Shown: one piece after another, positions 58,628-64,000 of the stretch
Position numbering within the stretch: the stretch's first letter is position 1
Layout: each line of letters starts with the position of its first letter
DNA from: Candidatus Magasanikiibacteriota bacterium
GTDB taxonomy: Bacteria > Patescibacteriota > Patescibacteriia > Magasanikbacterales > UBA922
DNA length: 64,000 nt
Reading direction: 5' to 3'
NCBI GenBank assembly: GCA_003482855.1
Contig: DMXO01000002.1
Coordinates: forward strand, 210,635-274,634
Made by a program: the position numbers and the translations under genes
The notes under the pieces: generated by a model
Told to the model about the DNA's origin: nothing
The model's database searches: none
The model's input: the letters and a program-made list of their open reading frames with translations, nothing else

Positions 58628-59269
58628 ATGGACAAAAAAACACTAAAAGAATTCTTTGATTTTTCCTTTCTAACCAACAAAATGAAATACATTGAACGAT
58701 TCAAAGGACATTATTTTTGGCGTGAATACCCACAGCCACCGCGCTATGATTCTAATGCTGACCACAGCTGGCATCTTGCTATGCTCGTACTTCTGTTTTC
58801 TGACAAACTTTCCAAACCTTTCAATGTCGAAAAGGGACTTAAAATTGCTCTCTTGCATGACTTGGTAGAAATATATGCTGGAGACACTGATCCTTTGGGT
58901 GCCGAAGGAACAGGCGCTGATACGCATGCATTCAATAAAACTGCAGAACAAGAAAAAACAAAAAAGGAAGAAGCATCCGCACAAAAAATCTTTGCCACAC
59001 TACCAGAAAATAAACGTAAAGAATTCTATGAACTATGGCAAGAATATGCAACAGGTTCAAGTTACGAAGCTATGGTGATCAAGGCGCTTGATAAAATAGA
59101 AGCGACCATGCAAATCATTGAGTGGCGCGATGGCAAAGTATTTCCCGAGCATTTACAATTTAGCATAAAATATTTACATAAATACGCGGATGTTGACCCC
59201 GCAATCTCAGAATTTGTAGAGCTTATCACGAAAGAGTTAAAAAAACGATATAAAGATTTTACTGTATAA
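58628..59269 (+). CDS. HD-domain phosphohydrolase (YfbR-like 5'-nucleotidase)
   Basis: HSWH…LHDLVEIYAGD HD motif. Confidence 0.65.
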   Translation: MDKKTLKEFFDFSFLTNKMKYIERFKGHYFWREYPQPPRYDSNADHSWHLAMLVLLFSDKLSKPFNVEKGLKIALLHDLVEIYAGDTDPLGAEGTGADTHAFNKTAEQEKTKKEEASAQKIFATLPENKRKEFYELWQEYATGSSYEAMVIKALDKIEATMQIIEWRDGKVFPEHLQFSIKYLHKYADVDPAISEFVELITKELKKRYKDFTV

Positions 59270-59378
59270 AAACTAGCATATTAAATAGTCTTGGGATATA
59301 TAAACTCAGGCAAGCATTTTGTATAAAAAATACTAAAACTCCCTCATACTAAGGGAGTTTTGATATATAACTGGGGCA

Positions 59379-61235
59379 TTATCCCAAGACTTCGAACCTT
59401 TCTCCACCTGAAGACATACCTTCTGCCAATACGACAAACTCTTCCAAAATTTTATGCACCAATTCATCTACTTCTTTTTTTACTTTAGCATACTCATCCC
59501 AACTTTTATCAACCCCTACTTCTCTACCCACTGCGGCATAAAATTTTATTTTGGGCTCAGTACCTGAAGGACGCACGACGACGCGTATTGTTTTTTCTGT
59601 GTTTAAATAAAACACCAATGCATTGTCTGAAAATCCTTCATACGTGCCCACGATCAAACCCGTGCGGGGATCTATAACTTTTTTGGTTAATTGGTCCAAG
59701 ACAGTTTCCACGCGCAAACCACAAAATTCTTTGGGTAAATTTTTCCTCAAAACATCCATTATCTTCAACATTTTATCCATGCCGTCCATGCCATAAAAAA
59801 ATACAGCCTGCAATAATTCACGATAATAACCATACTCTTTTTTGATATATTCCAATTGTTCAAAGAGTGTCCTCCCTTCTTGTTTGAGAAGCGCGGCATA
59901 TTCACAGATAAGCAGTGCAGCCACAGCACCATCCTTGTCACGCGCATAATCTCCATACAAATATCCATGGCTTTCCTCTGCTCCGAACAAAAATTCTTTA
60001 CCATTCAGACGAGTCTCTATAGCATCGGCAATATATTTGAAGCCAACAGGCAAATCTGTAATCGAATCAATGTCATTGTCAGCGGCTATCTTGACCAGGA
60101 GGTCTGTGGTTACAACTGTTTTTATCATCATTTTGCGAGATAAATCTTCATGTATATCTTTTAATCTCTTAGTTATATAATCAAAAATCAACACACCAAT
60201 CTGATTACCATTCAAAAAAATATAATTGTCACTATCTAGACGGTCTCTGCTGACAACACCAATTCTGTCTGCGTCAGGGTCAGCTGATAACACAATATCC
60301 GCCTTTTTCTTTCTTGCATAATCAGTGGCCAGTTCCAAAGATATAGGCACTTCAGGATTGGGGATCTGTTTGGCTACATGACTGAAGTCAGGGTCTATAG
60401 ACATCTGTTCCTCAACTTCAAAAATAGAACCGAAACCCACACGTTTCAAAACAGGCAAAAAAGAAGTCGTAGCACAGCCATGCAATGGCGTAAATACAAT
60501 ATCTATATCTCGATAATCACCAAGAGAAAGTTTGCCAACTGTTTCGTGATAAGATGTATCAACACTGTCATCAAGCATTTCAATAATCCCCTTTTCTTTT
60601 GCTTCCTCGAAATCCAACCGTTCTATGTGTCTGACCCTACTAACTTTTTCTATGATATTTGCATCATGAGGAGGAACCACTTGTCCACCAGTTTCCCAAA
60701 ATACTTTTATACCATTATCTGTTGGAGGATTATGACTTGCAGAAATCATGGCTCCGCCAACAGCATTCTTGTATCTGATAGAAAATGATAACTGTGGAGT
60801 AGAACGCACTCCTTCGTAAAAGTAAACCTTAATATTATTGGCAGCAAACACAGAGGCAGCTATCTTGGCAAATTTTTCTGAATTATGTCGTATGTCGTAG
60901 GTCACGACAACCCCCCGGATCTTTGCCTGATTTATCCCAAAATAGTCAATAAGGTAGTCTGAAAAACCTTGTGCTGATTCTGCAATGGTTCGCGCATTAA
61001 TACGATTTGTCCCAACACCCATTTTGCCTCTTCGCCCTCCAGTGCCAAATGGAATAACTTTATAAAAAGCATCATTTAACTCATCTATGTCTTCTTTTTC
61101 AATTAAATCCAAAATATCACTCTTAAATTCTACATACTCATCATCTTCAAGCCATTTTTGTATATTCAAAAAAGCATTTTCTACAAGCCCTTTCTCTCTC
61201 AAAGTTTGTAATCTAGATATAGTATCCATAATCAC
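59379..61235 (-). CDS. phosphoglucomutase/phosphomannomutase family protein
   Basis: Active-site loop SASHNPPTDNG; four-domain length. Confidence 0.85.
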   Translation of the reverse strand: MIMDTISRLQTLREKGLVENAFLNIQKWLEDDEYVEFKSDILDLIEKEDIDELNDAFYKVIPFGTGGRRGKMGVGTNRINARTIAESAQGFSDYLIDYFGINQAKIRGVVVTYDIRHNSEKFAKIAASVFAANNIKVYFYEGVRSTPQLSFSIRYKNAVGGAMISASHNPPTDNGIKVFWETGGQVVPPHDANIIEKVSRVRHIERLDFEEAKEKGIIEMLDDSVDTSYHETVGKLSLGDYRDIDIVFTPLHGCATTSFLPVLKRVGFGSIFEVEEQMSIDPDFSHVAKQIPNPEVPISLELATDYARKKKADIVLSADPDADRIGVVSRDRLDSDNYIFLNGNQIGVLIFDYITKRLKDIHEDLSRKMMIKTVVTTDLLVKIAADNDIDSITDLPVGFKYIADAIETRLNGKEFLFGAEESHGYLYGDYARDKDGAVAALLICEYAALLKQEGRTLFEQLEYIKKEYGYYRELLQAVFFYGMDGMDKMLKIMDVLRKNLPKEFCGLRVETVLDQLTKKVIDPRTGLIVGTYEGFSDNALVFYLNTEKTIRVVVRPSGTEPKIKFYAAVGREVGVDKSWDEYAKVKKEVDELVHKILEEFVVLAEGMSSGGERFEVLG

Positions 61236-61297
61236 CCAAATTTAATTGATAAATAAGGATTTTTATTATATAATAACTACAGTTCTAAAGCAACTTT

Positions 61298-61385
61298 TAT
61301 GCCTTAGCACTGAAGCACAAAAACACTCCCATCAAAAGTGTTGTGTTAATATAATGTGCCCAAGTGCTTTAGTGCTCATGTGACA
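61298..61385. repeat. TAAGCAC-family motif array (copy C) in divergent PGM/Clp promoter region
   Basis: gccttagcactgaagcacaaaaacac ... aagtgctttagtgctcatgtgac; 12-mer gccttagcact identical to copy B. Confidence 0.55.
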
Positions 61386-61392
61386 CAAAATT

Positions 61393-63924
61393 ATGGATGC
61401 CCAAAAACTTATAGACAATTTTTCTTCACACCTCAAAAATGTTATAGCGCGAGGTATTGCACTTGCTACTCAATTAAATCACGCCCAAGTGCAACCTATT
61501 CACCTACTCTATGCTTTATCAGAAGAACAAGGGTGTGTTGCCGCAGAGATTTTGAAAAAATGTGATATCACCTCTGACCTAATCAAAGACAATAGTCCCC
61601 TGCTACAACATATACAAAAGACAATAAGTAAACAAACAGGACTCCCCGAACTTAGTCCGTCTTCACGTAAAACCATAGAAAAAGGACTTATACTAGCTCA
61701 TGAAATGGGACATACCTACATTGGTACAGAACATCTCCTCCACGGACTTATAGAAATAAAAGATAGAGATGTTGATGATCTGTTGTCTACGATAGAAATA
61801 AAACATACACAAATTCAAGACCAACTCGGCACTGCATTTCACAATGTATCTCGATTTTCACACATGGGAGAAATGACCGACGTTTTAGAAAATATGGAAG
61901 ATATGTCATTACCAAATATAGGCCAAGAGGCACACGATATGATGATACCCCCCATGATGGGACGACCAAAAAAAATAAGCGCAATAGCACAATTCACTAC
62001 CAATCTAACTTCAAAAGAAAGCCAACAAAAAATTGACCCTGTCATTGGTCGTGAAGAAGAGATAGAACGTATTATCAATATCCTCGCACGCCGAACAAAA
62101 AATAACCCTATACTCGTGGGCGAACCGGGGGTTGGCAAGACAGCTATTGTAGAAGGGCTTGCTAAAAAGATAGCAGAGGGAGATGTGCCCGACATACTCA
62201 GACGCAAAAAGGTTATTTCGCTTGACCTCACTCTCCTTGTTGCAGGCACTATTTATCGTGGCGAATTTGAATCGCGACTCAAACAAATTGTGGATGAATG
62301 TGCCAAAAATCCCAACTATATTCTATTTATCGATGAATTACATAACATTATTGGTGCTGGATCAAATCAAGGAACTATGGACGCAGCAAATATCTTGAAG
62401 CCAGCGCTTGCCCGCGGACAATTGCGATGTATTGGCGCGACGACCTACGACGAATACAAAAAATATATTACGAGTGATCCTGCGCTAGAACGAAGATTCC
62501 AAATGATAGATGTCGAAGAGCCAGATCAAACACAAACACGCGCTATCCTTGAAGGAATAAAAAAATATTACGAAACATTCCATCACGTAGTCATTACAGA
62601 AAAAGCTCTAGATGAGGCTGTCAAACTCAGCACACGATATATCCACGACAACTACCAGCCAGACAAAGCAATAGATCTCATCGATGAAGCCGCGAGTTCA
62701 GTGAAGACTCACCAAAAGACGTCGACAGACGACAAAAAACTACACATACTTGAGAAAAAAAGAGAAAAATATGAAGAAGAAAAGGAACATGCTATACGCG
62801 AAGAACAATTGCAACGAGCTCTTGATATAAAAAACGACATTGCACAACTTGATAAAAAAATAGATAAAGCAAAACAAATTTTAAAACAAAAAACACAGCC
62901 AGCGCTACGGGTAACAGAAAAAGATATACGCACCGTACTGAGCAAAAAAATGCATATTGACGAGATAATCTTGTCACAAAACGAATGGGACAATATTCAA
63001 ACATTACATGCACGGCTTTCACAGCATATTATTGGACAAGATGCTGCCATAGACACCACGATACACGCTCTCAAACGTGGGCTCCTTGGCATACAACAAA
63101 AAGATAAGCCATTCTGTTCACTTCTGTTTGTAGGACCAAGTGGCGTAGGCAAGACAGAGCTTGCCAAATATCTTGCCAAAGAACTCTACCATGATGACAA
63201 AGCACTCATAAAACTTGACATGAGCGAATTTAGTGAAAGTCATAGCGTATCCAAGCTCCTTGGTTCACCAGCAGGATACATAGGATACAAAGATAGAAAT
63301 CCATTCATTGAAAAAGTAAAAAAACGACCGTATTCAGTAATTTTGTTTGATGAAATAGACAAAGCACACCCCGATGTTACCAAACTACTGCTCCAGATAT
63401 TGGACGAGGGTGTGCTTACTGATAGTAATGGAAGAAAAATTCATCTCAATCATGCTATTATTATTCTCACTACCAATCTCGGATCTGAATTATTCAAATC
63501 GCAAGGTATAGGATTTGGCAACACACACACCACCTCCGCCACCTCAGATTTCATGGATGCTACATTCAAAAAGCACATACAAGACAAAGTAACCGAAACA
63601 CTCGGGTCAGCTCTCGTAAGTAGAATTGATACCGTGTGTATCTTCAACGCACTCACGCAAACACATGTTGAACGCATTGTCGCTCAACACATAGAAAGTC
63701 TAAGCAAACATTTCATGCACACACAACATTTCGGCATTATACCTGATGCTTCTGCCCTATCCTCACTTGCACAATCATCACTACATCCTGATATGGGAGC
63801 GCGTAACGTAGAGAAAAAAATACAAGAACTAATATACGAATTGACACTTGCTACCATGCAAAACAAGACAAAGAAAAAACAATATAAGCTTGTGCACGAA
63901 AAAAATACCTATCACCTAAGTTAA
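61393..63924 (+). CDS. AAA+ Clp chaperone ATPase (ClpC/ClpB family)
   Basis: Clp_N repeats, two Walker A ([16 protein letters not shown]), coiled-coil M-domain. Confidence 0.9.
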   Translation: MDAQKLIDNFSSHLKNVIARGIALATQLNHAQVQPIHLLYALSEEQGCVAAEILKKCDITSDLIKDNSPLLQHIQKTISKQTGLPELSPSSRKTIEKGLILAHEMGHTYIGTEHLLHGLIEIKDRDVDDLLSTIEIKHTQIQDQLGTAFHNVSRFSHMGEMTDVLENMEDMSLPNIGQEAHDMMIPPMMGRPKKISAIAQFTTNLTSKESQQKIDPVIGREEEIERIINILARRTKNNPILVGEPGVGKTAIVEGLAKKIAEGDVPDILRRKKVISLDLTLLVAGTIYRGEFESRLKQIVDECAKNPNYILFIDELHNIIGAGSNQGTMDAANILKPALARGQLRCIGATTYDEYKKYITSDPALERRFQMIDVEEPDQTQTRAILEGIKKYYETFHHVVITEKALDEAVKLSTRYIHDNYQPDKAIDLIDEAASSVKTHQKTSTDDKKLHILEKKREKYEEEKEHAIREEQLQRALDIKNDIAQLDKKIDKAKQILKQKTQPALRVTEKDIRTVLSKKMHIDEIILSQNEWDNIQTLHARLSQHIIGQDAAIDTTIHALKRGLLGIQQKDKPFCSLLFVGPSGVGKTELAKYLAKELYHDDKALIKLDMSEFSESHSVSKLLGSPAGYIGYKDRNPFIEKVKKRPYSVILFDEIDKAHPDVTKLLLQILDEGVLTDSNGRKIHLNHAIIILTTNLGSELFKSQGIGFGNTHTTSATSDFMDATFKKHIQDKVTETLGSALVSRIDTVCIFNALTQTHVERIVAQHIESLSKHFMHTQHFGIIPDASALSSLAQSSLHPDMGARNVEKKIQELIYELTLATMQNKTKKKQYKLVHEKNTYHLS

Positions 63925-64000
63925 ACGCACTCGTATGGCCAAACACAATACCCAAAGACAACAAGCCATAGCATTGCATAGAGCAAAGCAACGTGCGCGC

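Overview
The window is a ~40% GC bacterial chromosome segment from a small-genome organism. Gene content (archaeal-type PEPC, fused enzymes, a giant ORF) is compatible with a CPR/Patescibacteria-like lineage, but that assignment is unproven. Core genes present: smpB plus tmRNA, infC-rpmI-rplT, rplJ-rplL, tRNA-Glu, a de novo NAD cluster (NadM/NadA fusion, nadC, nadB), tsaD, prs, dnaE, pheST, archaeal-type PEP carboxylase, rseP, lemA-htpX, PGM, and ClpC/B. A minus-strand envelope-glycan operon (Wzy-like ligase, radical SAM, GT4, secreted GH-like/FG-GAP protein) sits at 4.4-10.1 kb, next to a second GT4 and a DUF11 surface protein.

Three things stand out.
1. Compositionally foreign ~70% GC island (10.39-16.8 kb): four minus-strand genes, all with strong Shine-Dalgarno sites: two Cys/Asp-rich repeat lipoproteins, an OmpA-like beta-barrel, and a membrane protein with a CCHC zinc knuckle. 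The spacers between these genes fall back to host-like AT-richness and carry host-type motifs.
2. Giant 2,533-aa ORF (17.3-24.9 kb): PP2C phosphatase core, glycine-zipper segments and an RGG/RD-rich tail, at the end of a long minus-strand gene array.
3. Pervasive 7-14 nt tandem repeats: they occur in intergenic regions and also as in-frame insertions inside housekeeping genes (nadC, nadB, tsaD). Two dispersed intergenic motif families also recur: TAAGCAC arrays and AATATCTTAATAT.

No CRISPR array, rRNA or recognisable integrase/transposase was seen. The plus-strand ORFs within the high-GC island are antisense artefacts.
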